Source of the DNA: Minisyncoccota bacterium | Lineage (GTDB): Bacteria; Patescibacteriota; Minisyncoccia; Phycocordibacterales; UBA9973 | Length of the DNA: 64,000 nt | NCBI GenBank assembly: GCA_041665925.1 | Contig: JBAYHW010000003.1 | Coordinates: 7,737 to 71,736, forward strand | Direction of reading: 5' to 3' | Shown: positions 34,910 through 45,511 of the stretch, piece after piece | How positions within the stretch are numbered: position 1 is the first letter of the stretch | Layout of the letters: every line of letters begins with the position of its first letter | Position numbers and translations under genes: made by a program | The notes under the pieces: generated by a model | The model's database searches: none | Told to the model about the DNA's origin: nothing | What the model saw: the letters and a program-made list of their open reading frames with translations, nothing else

Positions 34910-36232
34910 ATGCAAACAAAAATTATTTTTTTCAGTGCCCTGCTAATCGCGATTATATTTATGGGAAGCGGGAGCTTTGCTAGTGCCGACGCAAACTCAA
35001 TCCAAATAAACCTTGGAGTCGATGGTTGCAATCTAAACGGTATTTGCGAGGCGGGACTGGGCGAAACAATCGCCAATTGTGCAGTAGACTGTACACCTCC
35101 TTCCCCTGCTGGAAATGCCACGAACACGACAGGCTTTAAATTGCCTGATGTATACAATGTGACTGTTTCTCCTGAACTTTATAGTGCAATTATTACTTGG
35201 AATACAGGCAGGAGCACGATTAGTACTGTGAGATGGGGCACAACGCCCGAGACAAAGGATGGGACAACCCGTAACATTTTTTTTGCTCGTAATCATAAAA
35301 TTCAAATCATCAATCTCGCTCCCGGCACCATGTATTATTTTACTCTTGAGAATTATGATATCTATGGAAACAATTATAGTACTCCCCCTACTTATTTCTT
35401 TACAAAATTTTTAATAGACACAGCATACCCATTGAATCCTAGAAATGTCAGAACTTCTACCGAAGAAAAAGGTATTAGGATTTTGTGGTTAAATCCTGCG
35501 GATGAAAATTTTTCTTATGTGAGAATAATGCGACATCAAAATAAATTTACCGGAGATCCATTTGTGGGCAAATTGATTTATGAAGGAAATAGTGAAAATT
35601 TTTTAGACACAAACGTGTTAGCCGGGAAAAAATATTTTTACTCACTTTTTTCTCGTAATTTAGATGGTAGGTATTCTAGCGGGGTCGGAACACAAGGTAT
35701 CGCTTTTTCTAAAATAATAATTCCAAAAATTTCAGAACCAGAACCCGAGAATATTACTGAAAGACAAGTTGGAGATTTCTTTGTACACCAATACAATCAA
35801 CCGGTCGTGCTTCTTGCAAAAGAATCTATTATTGAAATTAAAAACAACACAAATACTATAGTAGATACAAGTGACAAGACTGAAGCGGATGATTATTTGG
35901 TTGTCTCATATGAAGATGGTGAAAAGTTTGGACAATATTTGTTTTCTTATAACCAAGATAGTGCAAGATACCAAAGTGTGGTCTCTCCATTACCTCGAAC
36001 TGGAAAATATACTTTTGAAGTACTTAGGTTTGTCAATAATGAGAAAAAAATAATTGCCCAGGGCTGGGTTCTAGTAGAAGAAGCCCAGGAAAATATTAGG
36101 ATAATTCCCGTGAAAGAACCTCCGGCGTACCCTTATCTTATTTTCCTATGGATTTTGCTTCTAATCCTCTTAATTTTAGCGATTTTTATATTACTTCGTA
36201 GGCGAAAAAACGAAGAATCACAAGGGTTATAG
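34910..36232 (+). CDS. surface protein with FN3-like domain(s) and a C-terminal TM anchor
   Basis: Signal peptide, TWNTGRSTISTVRWGTTPE...YYFTLENYDIYGN FN3-like block, and a C-terminal LIFLWILLLILLILAIFILLRRRK. Confidence 0.55.
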   Translation: MQTKIIFFSALLIAIIFMGSGSFASADANSIQINLGVDGCNLNGICEAGLGETIANCAVDCTPPSPAGNATNTTGFKLPDVYNVTVSPELYSAIITWNTGRSTISTVRWGTTPETKDGTTRNIFFARNHKIQIINLAPGTMYYFTLENYDIYGNNYSTPPTYFFTKFLIDTAYPLNPRNVRTSTEEKGIRILWLNPADENFSYVRIMRHQNKFTGDPFVGKLIYEGNSENFLDTNVLAGKKYFYSLFSRNLDGRYSSGVGTQGIAFSKIIIPKISEPEPENITERQVGDFFVHQYNQPVVLLAKESIIEIKNNTNTIVDTSDKTEADDYLVVSYEDGEKFGQYLFSYNQDSARYQSVVSPLPRTGKYTFEVLRFVNNEKKIIAQGWVLVEEAQENIRIIPVKEPPAYPYLIFLWILLLILLILAIFILLRRRKNEESQGL

Positions 36233-36377
36233 CCATTTATACCAAAACTGTGGATAACTAGTGGATACTAGGTGTATTAACTAGTATAATATAGGAGATA
36301 TAAAGAATATCGCTTATCCGAGATTTTATTTTCAACTATCTCGTTTATCCAATAAATCCTTTTATATCTTGATATAA

Positions 36378-36761
36378 ATGGAAAAACTTAAAAAAGTTCT
36401 ATCATTAAGTGAGGCATCAAAAATTTCAGGTTATCACCCTGATTATTTGAGTGCTCTCATCCGTAAAGGAGAGCTCAGGGGCGAAAAAACGGGAGGAACT
36501 TGGTTTACCACAGAAGATGATGTCAGGGATTATATATTCAAACAAAAAGTGAGGCACAACCGTCCAGCCTTTTTTGATTTCTTGTCGCAAAAGCGAACTC
36601 AAAATATTGTAATTTATTCTGGAATTATATTCTGTCTCATTTCCCTGCTCGGTTTTTATTTCTATGGAATAAATCATAAGAATTTTACTCCTGAAGCCAA
36701 GAAAACTTTATCTCCTGACACAGAAGCAATAAAAGAAATAAAAACAGAAATTAACCAATGA
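36378..36761 (+). CDS. small HTH (excisionase/MerR-like) protein with a C-terminal TM helix
   Basis: LSLSEASKISGYHPDYLSALIRKGEL HTH, then one TM. Confidence 0.45.
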   Translation: MEKLKKVLSLSEASKISGYHPDYLSALIRKGELRGEKTGGTWFTTEDDVRDYIFKQKVRHNRPAFFDFLSQKRTQNIVIYSGIIFCLISLLGFYFYGINHKNFTPEAKKTLSPDTEAIKEIKTEINQ

Positions 36762-39655
36762 GAAAAATATTTTTACAAAAAAAATATTCACTTGTAAAAA
36801 AAATCGCTCTCACTATTTTCTCCTTAACTTATATTTTCGTTGCGATATTTTTTCACAACTCAAATGCTTACGCAGTTTTTAATAAGCAAATAAATTATCA
36901 AGGAAAACTTACAAATTCGAGCAGTGTTGCGGTTCCTGACGGATCATACAATATGGAGCTTGCACTCTACACCGTGGATTCTGGTGGCACTGCGATTTGG
37001 ACAGAGACCAGGATCGAAGCGAATCGCGTCGCAGTAGCTAACGGATTATTTAGTATATTGCTTGGCGAAGTTTCTTCACTAGCTTCCATAGATTTTAATC
37101 AGACGCTTTATCTTGGCGTAAACATTGGCGGAACTACAAACACTCCGACTCCTACCTGGGACGGCGAAATGGCTCCGAGAAAAAAACTTGGATCTGTTCC
37201 TGCAGCTTTTGAGGCAGTGAATGCGCTTACTGCCACTGCCGGGTTTACCGTGTCTGGAGGAAACCTCGTCTCCCCTATTCTCGTCGGCGGTTCTGGTACA
37301 ACTCAAGACCTGACCCTTCAAACCACGACAGGTGTGGGTGCCTCCGGTGCTGATATGCATTTTCTCGTCGGCAACAACGGTGGCACGGAAGCCATGACGA
37401 TACTAAATGATGGGAATATGGGCATAGGAATATTAAGCCCAAGCGCTGTTCTCCACCTTAAGGCCGGCACAGCATCTGCCGGTACTGGACCACTTAAATT
37501 TACCGCGGGGGCTAATTTGACCTCTCCTGAATCGGGCACATTAGAATTTGATGGCAGTAATTATTTTGGTTCAGTTGAAAGTGTTGGAACAAACTACACT
37601 TCCCAGTACCCATCTGCACATTCTAGCACTTACGTCAAATCTACATCGAGCTATAGCGCTAACTTCGAACCCTGGTTTGCTACCGATCCAGCTAAATCAC
37701 TGACGGGCGACTGGACAAATACGCAATGGGTGTCAGGTAGTGGTTCCCCTGCTTCGCAAAGATTGCATATTGATCTCGGTTCAGCTACAGTTATCAAAAG
37801 AATATATTACGAAAATTCTCATACCTCCGGCGGGTTTACCACTACAGGAGCCAAAAATTTTACCTTGTGGGGCTCTAATGATTCATCGGCTTTTTCGGAC
37901 ACAACCTATGGTTCAGATACAAACTGGACACAACTCTCTACTTCCGCTTCCCAATTTGATCAACACGCCGCATCTAATACCGCTGACCCCAAATATATAA
38001 CTGTTACGAACTCTACCGCATATAGATACTATGCAATAAAAATTGCAGACAACTGGGGCTACGCCGACTATATGGGCATTCGGCGCATTGAATTACAAAC
38101 AGCTGACTCCGTTACTGCGGACAGGCTAGGGTTGGTTATGGATAATGGCACCAGGTTGACTTCGGGTAGAATGCCTTACATAACTACCGATGGCAGACTA
38201 AAAGATACAACAAACTTTGTTTTTGATGGTACCAACCTGGGCATTGGTGATTCTTCACCGGATTATATGCTTGATGTTGCTGGCACTGCAGGATTTGATG
38301 GATTACTAACGGCCACAGCTGGACTAAACATTAGCAACGGAGCGACTTCGGCTGGGGTGCTCACTCTTTTGGAAGATACAGACGATGGTAGCAACTTTGC
38401 ATCTTTCCAAGTTCCTGCACTAGCGGCCAATACTGTGTATGTGTTGCCTGCCAATGACGGTGATGCATCCCAAGTGCTTACCACTAACGGTTCTGGGACA
38501 TTAAGCTGGGCGGCTGCATCTGCGGGCACGCCTACAGCGATTACAGTCGCCAACGAAGCGGCGGACACGACTTCATTTATAAGTTTCTTTACCGCGGCGA
38601 CGGGTGATCTCGGGCCAAAAACAAATGCAGCGCTTACCTTTGATGCTTCGACGGCGAAGCTTAGCGCAACTCAACTGGGTTCCACTGCAACGACAGGCAC
38701 TGCTCCCCTCACCGTAGCTTCTACCACGGTCGTAACAAATTTAAATGCGGATTATTTGGACGGACTGGACGGTTCCGCTTTCACTTCGCTTATTAATGAT
38801 GTTATTGGTAAGACCTCTTCCCTGCTCGGCTTTGCCCAATTTGGTGGCGATGGTTCTGACGGCGCTGGCCCAGCTTCAGGAGCGTTAACCTCCGATCCGA
38901 AACAATACACCAGCTGGACAATCACTGGAGCTGTTACTGTAAGTACTTCAGCGCCAGCGGGGTTGTTTGTGGGCGTGCAAGGCACCCTTACGTTAGATAC
39001 GGGCGGAAGTATTTCAGCAAACGGCAAAGGGCATGACCCCGGGAGTCCCCTTAACACAACCACTGGTATTGGAGAAAATTGTTTAGGTAATGTTAGTCAA
39101 ACCATGGAAGGAGGGTGTATTACAGGGGCTGGTGGAGGTGGTGGTGCCGATTCAGCTAATGCTGACGGGGCAGCTGGTGGAGGTGCGGGAGGTACGGGAG
39201 GTACGGGAGCAACACACGCTGGTGTCTCTGGTGGTGCTGCGGGGACAACAAGTGTAGCCAAAAAAACAGCAGCTAGGTTGGTGAAAGAATATTTGTTTTA
39301 CAATCCTTGGGCCAGTGGTAGGGGTTTAGTTGCGGGAGCAGGAGGAGGGACGGGCCGTACCTATGGCACTGGTGGTATGGGGGGAGGAATAATATATATT
39401 GAAGCAGACACTGTAACCATAACTCCAACTACAGCTGTTGTTACAGCGAATGGAGAGAATGCTGCCAATGATTCAAGTGGTAACGGTGGCGGCGGCGGCG
39501 GTGGCGGTGGTCTTGTGTGGATACGCGCTCGAACTCTAAGTGGGGTCAACACTACCACAGTTACTGCGAACGGCGGTACAGGAGGCACGTCAACTACAGG
39601 GTCGGCTGGAGGTAATGGCGCTGCTGGCGCGGTGATTATCGAAGATATTGATTAA
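36758..39655 (+). CDS. giant secreted protein with fibre-like repeats, a discoidin (F5/8 type C) domain and a Gly-rich C-terminus
   Basis: Signal/TM at the N-terminus. Discoidin-like block WTNTQWVSGSGSPASQRLHIDLGS...YYAIKIADNWGYADYMGIRRIELQ. C-terminal poly-Gly tract encoded by (ggc/ggt)n at 39481-39510. Confidence 0.7.
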   Translation: MRKIFLQKKYSLVKKIALTIFSLTYIFVAIFFHNSNAYAVFNKQINYQGKLTNSSSVAVPDGSYNMELALYTVDSGGTAIWTETRIEANRVAVANGLFSILLGEVSSLASIDFNQTLYLGVNIGGTTNTPTPTWDGEMAPRKKLGSVPAAFEAVNALTATAGFTVSGGNLVSPILVGGSGTTQDLTLQTTTGVGASGADMHFLVGNNGGTEAMTILNDGNMGIGILSPSAVLHLKAGTASAGTGPLKFTAGANLTSPESGTLEFDGSNYFGSVESVGTNYTSQYPSAHSSTYVKSTSSYSANFEPWFATDPAKSLTGDWTNTQWVSGSGSPASQRLHIDLGSATVIKRIYYENSHTSGGFTTTGAKNFTLWGSNDSSAFSDTTYGSDTNWTQLSTSASQFDQHAASNTADPKYITVTNSTAYRYYAIKIADNWGYADYMGIRRIELQTADSVTADRLGLVMDNGTRLTSGRMPYITTDGRLKDTTNFVFDGTNLGIGDSSPDYMLDVAGTAGFDGLLTATAGLNISNGATSAGVLTLLEDTDDGSNFASFQVPALAANTVYVLPANDGDASQVLTTNGSGTLSWAAASAGTPTAITVANEAADTTSFISFFTAATGDLGPKTNAALTFDASTAKLSATQLGSTATTGTAPLTVASTTVVTNLNADYLDGLDGSAFTSLINDVIGKTSSLLGFAQFGGDGSDGAGPASGALTSDPKQYTSWTITGAVTVSTSAPAGLFVGVQGTLTLDTGGSISANGKGHDPGSPLNTTTGIGENCLGNVSQTMEGGCITGAGGGGGADSANADGAAGGGAGGTGGTGATHAGVSGGAAGTTSVAKKTAARLVKEYLFYNPWASGRGLVAGAGGGTGRTYGTGGMGGGIIYIEADTVTITPTTAVVTANGENAANDSSGNGGGGGGGGGLVWIRARTLSGVNTTTVTANGGTGGTSTTGSAGGNGAAGAVIIEDID

Positions 39656-39674
39656 TTAAATTATTAAATAAAGA

Positions 39675-40787
39675 ATGAAAAAAAATAAACTTACAATCTT
39701 GATAATTCTCGTCTTAATATTTGCAGTGAGTTGCGGGTTTGCTAGTGCAGAAGAAATTCTGCCTGTTCCTCCAACGGAACAAACTTCGACGACTCCTGCT
39801 GACCCGGCACCAGAAGACACAAGTACTCCGCCTGCGGAAACTCCTCCCGTGACACCGGATCCCCAAACTCCACCCGCTGGAACGCCAGACCCAGGCACCG
39901 AAACCGGAACTCCCGCCGAAGACCCTGTCGTGCCACCAGCCGAAGCTCCTGCAGACCCTGCGCCAGAGATCCCCGTGGAGCCCATCCTGCCACCAGAGGC
40001 GCCAGTCGTTGTTGAAGAAACAGGCGACACCAATCCGCCGAATCGCATCAATGATTTGTCGCTCGAACGAGCGGGGCCGAAATCCGCGGATATTTCTTGG
40101 ACTGTGCCAGACATTGATGTAAAAAGTTATGATGTTCGTATATCACTGAAAGATCTCACGGAATCCAATTGGAGTAAGGCAGTCCAAATCACCGGCGGAG
40201 AAAATTCCAAAGAAGAAGGCGACGTCGAGATGGCAAGCTTGAGTGACTTGCCTCAAAACACGACGCTTTATGTCGCCGTGCGGACTTATGACAAGTCCGG
40301 CAACCCCTCCCCTATTTCCAATGTTCTTGAAATTGAAACCGAAGGCAAAGTAGAAAAAAGCAGGATTGCCGAGCTACGAGCAGGCGGAGCGGATGATGAA
40401 AACTTAAGTCCAGAAAATAGCGGGGTTGTCCGGCTGGTCTTGCAAGAAGAGGGTACTAAGTCCCCTATCTCCGACGAGTTAATCTTTGTGAATTTCATAA
40501 ATAAAAGAACGGGTGTAAGCACCGGAGGCGCTGTCACCGACGGCATGCTCGCTATGGAAATTCCGGCAGGAGAATATACAGTCAAGCTCATACTGCCGCC
40601 GACACTAAACGTCGCGGACGAATTGCCGACATTCGATATGGAAGAAGGTGGAGATGTGGATCTCGGTATTGTCAGGTTGACGCCCTCAGGTATGGCTGAA
40701 AACACAGATGGCTCTCTTTCTTTTGTAATCAAACTTTTGTTTGAAATAATTAAACTCTTACAAGAAATATTAACTAAACTTGGATAA
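39675..40787 (+). CDS. secreted Pro/Thr/Glu-rich protein with an FN3-like domain
   Basis: Signal peptide, PETPP-rich linker, and ISWTVPDIDVKSYDVRI...LYVAVRTYDKSGNPSP FN3 block. Confidence 0.6.
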   Translation: MKKNKLTILIILVLIFAVSCGFASAEEILPVPPTEQTSTTPADPAPEDTSTPPAETPPVTPDPQTPPAGTPDPGTETGTPAEDPVVPPAEAPADPAPEIPVEPILPPEAPVVVEETGDTNPPNRINDLSLERAGPKSADISWTVPDIDVKSYDVRISLKDLTESNWSKAVQITGGENSKEEGDVEMASLSDLPQNTTLYVAVRTYDKSGNPSPISNVLEIETEGKVEKSRIAELRAGGADDENLSPENSGVVRLVLQEEGTKSPISDELIFVNFINKRTGVSTGGAVTDGMLAMEIPAGEYTVKLILPPTLNVADELPTFDMEEGGDVDLGIVRLTPSGMAENTDGSLSFVIKLLFEIIKLLQEILTKLG

Positions 40788-40790
40788 CAA

Positions 40791-41849
40791 ATGTTGGGAC
40801 GATTGTTAAAAAAAATATTTCGGACGGAAGAACGTTTCAATCGTTTTATTATATTTATTTTGGCACTTTTGGCTGTGTTCGCACTTATGTGGCTCGCGAG
40901 CCGAGTATTTAAAAATGTGCCTTTTATAAGCACGCCGGAAGAAAATTCTGACAAGTGGCTAGACGATACTTTCAATTGGCAAAATTTAGATAAGACTATA
41001 TACGCGGTTCCCGAAAATATCTATCCTCGCGGGTTCAATCTTTTGTTCGTCGCCGATGATTTTCTGTCCTTCGATGAGTTCAAGGTTTCTGTGAAAAAAA
41101 TTGTTGCGGAGATGAAGAAAGTTGAACCCTGGAAAAGTCATTCCGAAATCAATATTTTCATGATTTATCAAAATGATCCGATTTTGTGCGAAGTAAAAGA
41201 AGAAAAAATGTATGCACCGATGCTAAAGTGTGGCAAAGATTTGATTAAACTAGTGCAGACATTACCCTTAATCAAGGTAAAAGTAATCGTCGTTTCGAGA
41301 GAACAATTTGTTTCTTGGTCTAACACCTCGAGACTAGAGAATACTTTTGTATTTTATAGTCTGCCCGCAAATAAAGAAGAAGACGCTTTTAACTACAAAA
41401 TATTTTTACACGAGCTAGCTATGGGCTTCGGATTGCGTGAAGAAATGCGAAGCATTATGGCGGAGTCTGGGTCAGCTCCAGCACGCCCTGAAGGGCCAAA
41501 CTGCGCGCCTACGGTAGATATTGCCAAAGATTGGTGGGGTGATTTTGTGCGCCGGGCTGACAGTACTCTCGTCTTTAGCCGGGCAAAAAATGATGTTGGA
41601 TTTTATTTTGGTTGCGCCGGTAACCAAGATTACATCCGTCCAACTCAAAAATCCCTGATGAATATCCAAGATTTTCCAGATGCAGAGACCTATGGACCGG
41701 TTTCAGAAGATTATTTGAAAAAAGTTTTACAATATTGCTTCTCAGGCAAAATATATGACAAAAAAACTGATTCAATATTCTTTGAACAATATAAAGAGTT
41801 CAAGGCTTGTTTAGGAGAAGAACAAACCTCTCTTTCTGACTCTATTTAA
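40791..41849 (+). CDS. membrane-anchored hypothetical protein
   Basis: N-terminal TM. No confident domain. LHELAMGFG is not a canonical HExxH. Confidence 0.5.
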   Translation: MLGRLLKKIFRTEERFNRFIIFILALLAVFALMWLASRVFKNVPFISTPEENSDKWLDDTFNWQNLDKTIYAVPENIYPRGFNLLFVADDFLSFDEFKVSVKKIVAEMKKVEPWKSHSEINIFMIYQNDPILCEVKEEKMYAPMLKCGKDLIKLVQTLPLIKVKVIVVSREQFVSWSNTSRLENTFVFYSLPANKEEDAFNYKIFLHELAMGFGLREEMRSIMAESGSAPARPEGPNCAPTVDIAKDWWGDFVRRADSTLVFSRAKNDVGFYFGCAGNQDYIRPTQKSLMNIQDFPDAETYGPVSEDYLKKVLQYCFSGKIYDKKTDSIFFEQYKEFKACLGEEQTSLSDSI

Positions 41850-42093
41850 GCTTGCTTTTGAGTTCGGGGGCTTGCTCTACGGCCATGACCTCAAACCTTA
41901 TTTGCCCAATTTCTTGTCCGCTTTCCGTTTTAACTTGAACTCTCCATTTCCCGGCTCGAATATTGTGACGTACGGAATATGTACGGAATCCTCCGTCCCG
42001 CCCGCCCCGGACAGCCAAGCCCACTGATTGATTTTTTGCCGAGAAAGAAAACTTCTTTGTAAGATTAGATACGGTAATGGAATTAGTATTCAT
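41842..42093 (-). CDS. hypothetical small protein
   Basis: ORF only. Confidence 0.3.
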   Translation of the reverse strand: MNTNSITVSNLTKKFSFSAKNQSVGLAVRGGRDGGFRTYSVRHNIRAGKWRVQVKTESGQEIGQIRFEVMAVEQAPELKSKLK

Positions 42094-42358
42094 AAACTAT
42101 ATTTTAGCACTTTTGATTCATTTTTCATTTATAGCCATTTTAGTTAGTTATACTAAGCAGACTTTCTTTTCTCTAAACATGAGTTTACTTTTCATACACG
42201 ATAGCAGTTCTCGCTTTTCCTTTATAGAGCTTGGAATGAGTATGACTGAGACGCCTCAATTTGCTATACTGAAAGTCGTCAAGAAACGCTTGTGGGATCT
42301 CACAGGCTAAGGTTCTAGACTGAGTCAGTCAGCCAATTTTCGAATCATAAATATTTTT

Positions 42359-43267
42359 ATGCCTTCAAAAGCACAGTTTGTAAAAACAAGAGATAAGTTA
42401 GAAATATATACCGAATCATTCGGCAATCCACAAAACTCGGCGATTCTATTGATAATGGGTGCAATGAATCAGGGTATTTTTTGGTATGACTCCTTTTGCG
42501 AAGAATTGGTAAATACTGGATTTTTTGTAATCAGATATGACCATAGAGATACAGGTTTTTCTTCTGTAATAGATTTTAAAAACAACCAGTACAATCTAGA
42601 TGATTTAACGAATGATGCTATTGATATTTTAAATGCATATAAAATTTCAAAAGCTAATATTGTGGGTGTATCGATGGGTGGTTACATTGGGCAATTATTA
42701 GCTATTAATTATCCGGATAGGGTTGAATCACTAACTTTGATTTCGACAACAGCTGATCATAGACCATACATGGATGTAACTATGGATAATTTTTCCAATA
42801 AATACGAACTTTCATACCCATCAGAAAAATTTATTAAATACATAGAAAGTAGTAAAAATAATCCACCTAAAACAGAAGAGGAATTTAAAAATGCTCAAGT
42901 GGAAGGTTGGAAAATATTTTTTGGAAAAGAATTACTTGAAGAAGATTTAAAAGAATTGATTAAGTTGATAGATTTATCAAACAAAAGAAATAAAAATAAG
43001 GTTTCACCATTTAATCACGGTCTCGCTGTCGCAAATTCCAAAGACAGATTGGAGATTGTTAAAAATATAAAAGCCCCTACTCTTATCATTCATGGAGAAA
43101 ATGATGTTTGTTTCCTGGTAGACCATAGCAAATATTTAAACAGTCAGATATCTAATTCAAGATTGGAGATTATAAAAGACATGGGACACATGTTTTCTCT
43201 GGGTGAATCAATAAAAATTGTTAAATATATTGAAGATTTTATTTTAATACCAAATTGTCCACAATGA
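42359..43267 (+). CDS. alpha/beta hydrolase
   Basis: GVSMGG nucleophile elbow plus conserved Asp/His positions. Confidence 0.8.
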   Translation: MPSKAQFVKTRDKLEIYTESFGNPQNSAILLIMGAMNQGIFWYDSFCEELVNTGFFVIRYDHRDTGFSSVIDFKNNQYNLDDLTNDAIDILNAYKISKANIVGVSMGGYIGQLLAINYPDRVESLTLISTTADHRPYMDVTMDNFSNKYELSYPSEKFIKYIESSKNNPPKTEEEFKNAQVEGWKIFFGKELLEEDLKELIKLIDLSNKRNKNKVSPFNHGLAVANSKDRLEIVKNIKAPTLIIHGENDVCFLVDHSKYLNSQISNSRLEIIKDMGHMFSLGESIKIVKYIEDFILIPNCPQ

Positions 43268-43318
43268 ATTTAAGAAAATTCCGTGTAATATTAATATTAT
43301 AAAAACGACTAAATAACT

Positions 43319-44305
43319 ATGAAAAGCAATTTTAAAATAATCGTCTTAGTATTTATAATTATCGTAATAGCTATTTTTGTATATTTAATAAACAGCAGAG
43401 ATGTGGTGGAAGAACTTCCTCTAGCGGGCACAGAGACTTCAATAAAAGGATGCTATGTTGCCCATCTTGAGAAAGATATTTATACCCTGGTTATACAGTC
43501 AGAGAAAGATGGAGCCGTCACTGGCGCCCTGGCCTACAATAATTACCAAAAGGATAGCTCTTCTGGAAGCTTTACAGGAACTTTCAAAGATAATATCCTC
43601 CTTGGGATTTACTCTTTCGACTCAGAAGGAATGCATTCTAATAGTCAGGTAATATTTAAAAAAGTTGGAGACAGCTTCATGCAAGGTTTCGGCACAGTAA
43701 AAGTAGTTGGTGATACATCATCTATCGACCCTATTTCTTCTGTAGAATACAACCCAAAATCAACATTTATAAAATCAGAGAATTGCCTAGAGAAAATTAC
43801 CGACTCAAATAATATTCTGACTTTCGACTACAATCCATTCTTTAAATATGTAGAAGGAAATAACTCCCCTTCTTTTGACTGGAGGTTAGACTCCAGGGAG
43901 CCAGGTGCAATTTTAGCAAGTGTTATCATCCCACGAACATATCTCCCTGGTACCAATTTCTCTGATGCGAAGCTTACCGTGGGTAGAGCAACGACCCCGA
44001 GTGCCATAAAGGGTTGCTCTACAGATGTGGTAAATGGTGAAGCGAAGATTGGTGAAGTCCAAATCAGTGACTATCCTTTTACTAAATTTTCTTCGAATGG
44101 GGCAGCGGCGGGTAACTTCTATGAGACCACTAGCTACCGAGGCATAGTGGACGGAGATTGTTATGCTGTGGAATATACCATCCATTCAACCAACATCAAC
44201 AATTATTCTCCAGATCAAAATATAAAGGAATTCAACAAAACATTCATACAAGATGAACTTGAGAAAATAATTCAGAGTTTGAAATTCCTAATAAATAGTG
44301 ACTAG
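43319..44305 (+). CDS. membrane-anchored or secreted hypothetical protein
   Basis: N-terminal TM. Confidence 0.5.
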   Translation: MKSNFKIIVLVFIIIVIAIFVYLINSRDVVEELPLAGTETSIKGCYVAHLEKDIYTLVIQSEKDGAVTGALAYNNYQKDSSSGSFTGTFKDNILLGIYSFDSEGMHSNSQVIFKKVGDSFMQGFGTVKVVGDTSSIDPISSVEYNPKSTFIKSENCLEKITDSNNILTFDYNPFFKYVEGNNSPSFDWRLDSREPGAILASVIIPRTYLPGTNFSDAKLTVGRATTPSAIKGCSTDVVNGEAKIGEVQISDYPFTKFSSNGAAAGNFYETTSYRGIVDGDCYAVEYTIHSTNINNYSPDQNIKEFNKTFIQDELEKIIQSLKFLINSD

Positions 44306-44313
44306 AAATATTT

Positions 44314-45459
44314 TTATCTCCACTCTTTAGCTACTTTCCACTTTATGCCAAGAGCAGCACCTAGAGATATAGCTACGGAGACACATCCTGCAAGCCAGCC
44401 GATGAAAGGTATCAAGCAAAGTAAGAAATAAACTACAGTGCCGAGTAGTATGGTTTTCCAATTGACTACATACCCTGACCCCTTAGATATCCATTTGTAA
44501 ACTAGAGCTCCGAGGAAAATAGGGGTGATTATGGAAGCAAAAACTAATAACATTGCGAAAGAAAGAAATCCAATTATCCCGAGAGGAATTCCTACGACAG
44601 TAATGAGAAGAAAAACAGAAAATACTGGAAGGACTATGAGAGTAACGACACCTCGCCCGAGCTCTTTGAGAGGATTTTCTGTAGCTTTTTCTACAAGCTC
44701 TCTGCTGTATCTCTTGAAACCAAGCCCAATGAGAAGAGCGGTGAAAAACAACATCAAGAATTTAGCCACGAATACGAAAGTAAAGAACCCAATTACTCCT
44801 GCAGTTATGCCTCTATTGGTCTTGTCGCGTCCAGACAATTGAGTGAAAACTGTATCTCCACGAACCCTGCCTCCCTCTTCAATAATGACCGGCTTTGCTC
44901 CTTTATATTTAAGATTACCTATGATATCTGCATTTGGCCCTAGGGTTAACTTTTCAGCTCTGATGTTCGCATCTCCTCCGATGGGTGCATTGATATAAAC
45001 TTCTCCCCCAGCAATTTTTGCATTTCCTTTAACTTCAGAATCTACCCTCACTGCCCCGCCGGCTATGGCTGCATCGCCACCTATTAATTTACCAGATAGA
45101 ATTATTTGCCCTCCACCAATAAGAGCATCTCCCATAACATTGCCGCTTACAATGATATTACCACCACCTATGCGTGCATCTCCTCTAACTTGGTTTGAAA
45201 CTGTAATATTCCCACCTACGACAAACAAATCCCCAGTAACTGGCCCAGACACTAATGCAGTACCACCAGCAACTAGAAGATCTTCCCCTGCTGCTCCAGC
45301 ACTAACGACACTCCCACCTGCCATGTATAAATTCTCTTCTGCTTTTTCTCCAGAAGAAAAAGATGGCTGCTGTCCTGCCTTAAATTCTGCAGCAAAGACC
45401 AAAACCGGAAACACCAATAAAATAAGCACAAAAATTTTGTTTAAGTTTTTCATATGCAT
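44314..45459 (-). CDS. membrane protein with beta-helical bactofilin/DUF4097-like repeats and a C-terminal multi-TM domain
   Basis: Signal peptide. Repeated GGxI/V-xVSG units (GDLFVVGGNITVSNQVRGDARIGGGNIIVSGNV...). Three or four C-terminal TM helices. Confidence 0.5.
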   Translation of the reverse strand: MHMKNLNKIFVLILLVFPVLVFAAEFKAGQQPSFSSGEKAEENLYMAGGSVVSAGAAGEDLLVAGGTALVSGPVTGDLFVVGGNITVSNQVRGDARIGGGNIIVSGNVMGDALIGGGQIILSGKLIGGDAAIAGGAVRVDSEVKGNAKIAGGEVYINAPIGGDANIRAEKLTLGPNADIIGNLKYKGAKPVIIEEGGRVRGDTVFTQLSGRDKTNRGITAGVIGFFTFVFVAKFLMLFFTALLIGLGFKRYSRELVEKATENPLKELGRGVVTLIVLPVFSVFLLITVVGIPLGIIGFLSFAMLLVFASIITPIFLGALVYKWISKGSGYVVNWKTILLGTVVYFLLCLIPFIGWLAGCVSVAISLGAALGIKWKVAKEWR

Positions 45460-45511
45460 ACATTATACAACGCATTTTTGTACATGCAAGAATATGTTAT
45501 AGTTAATAAAT

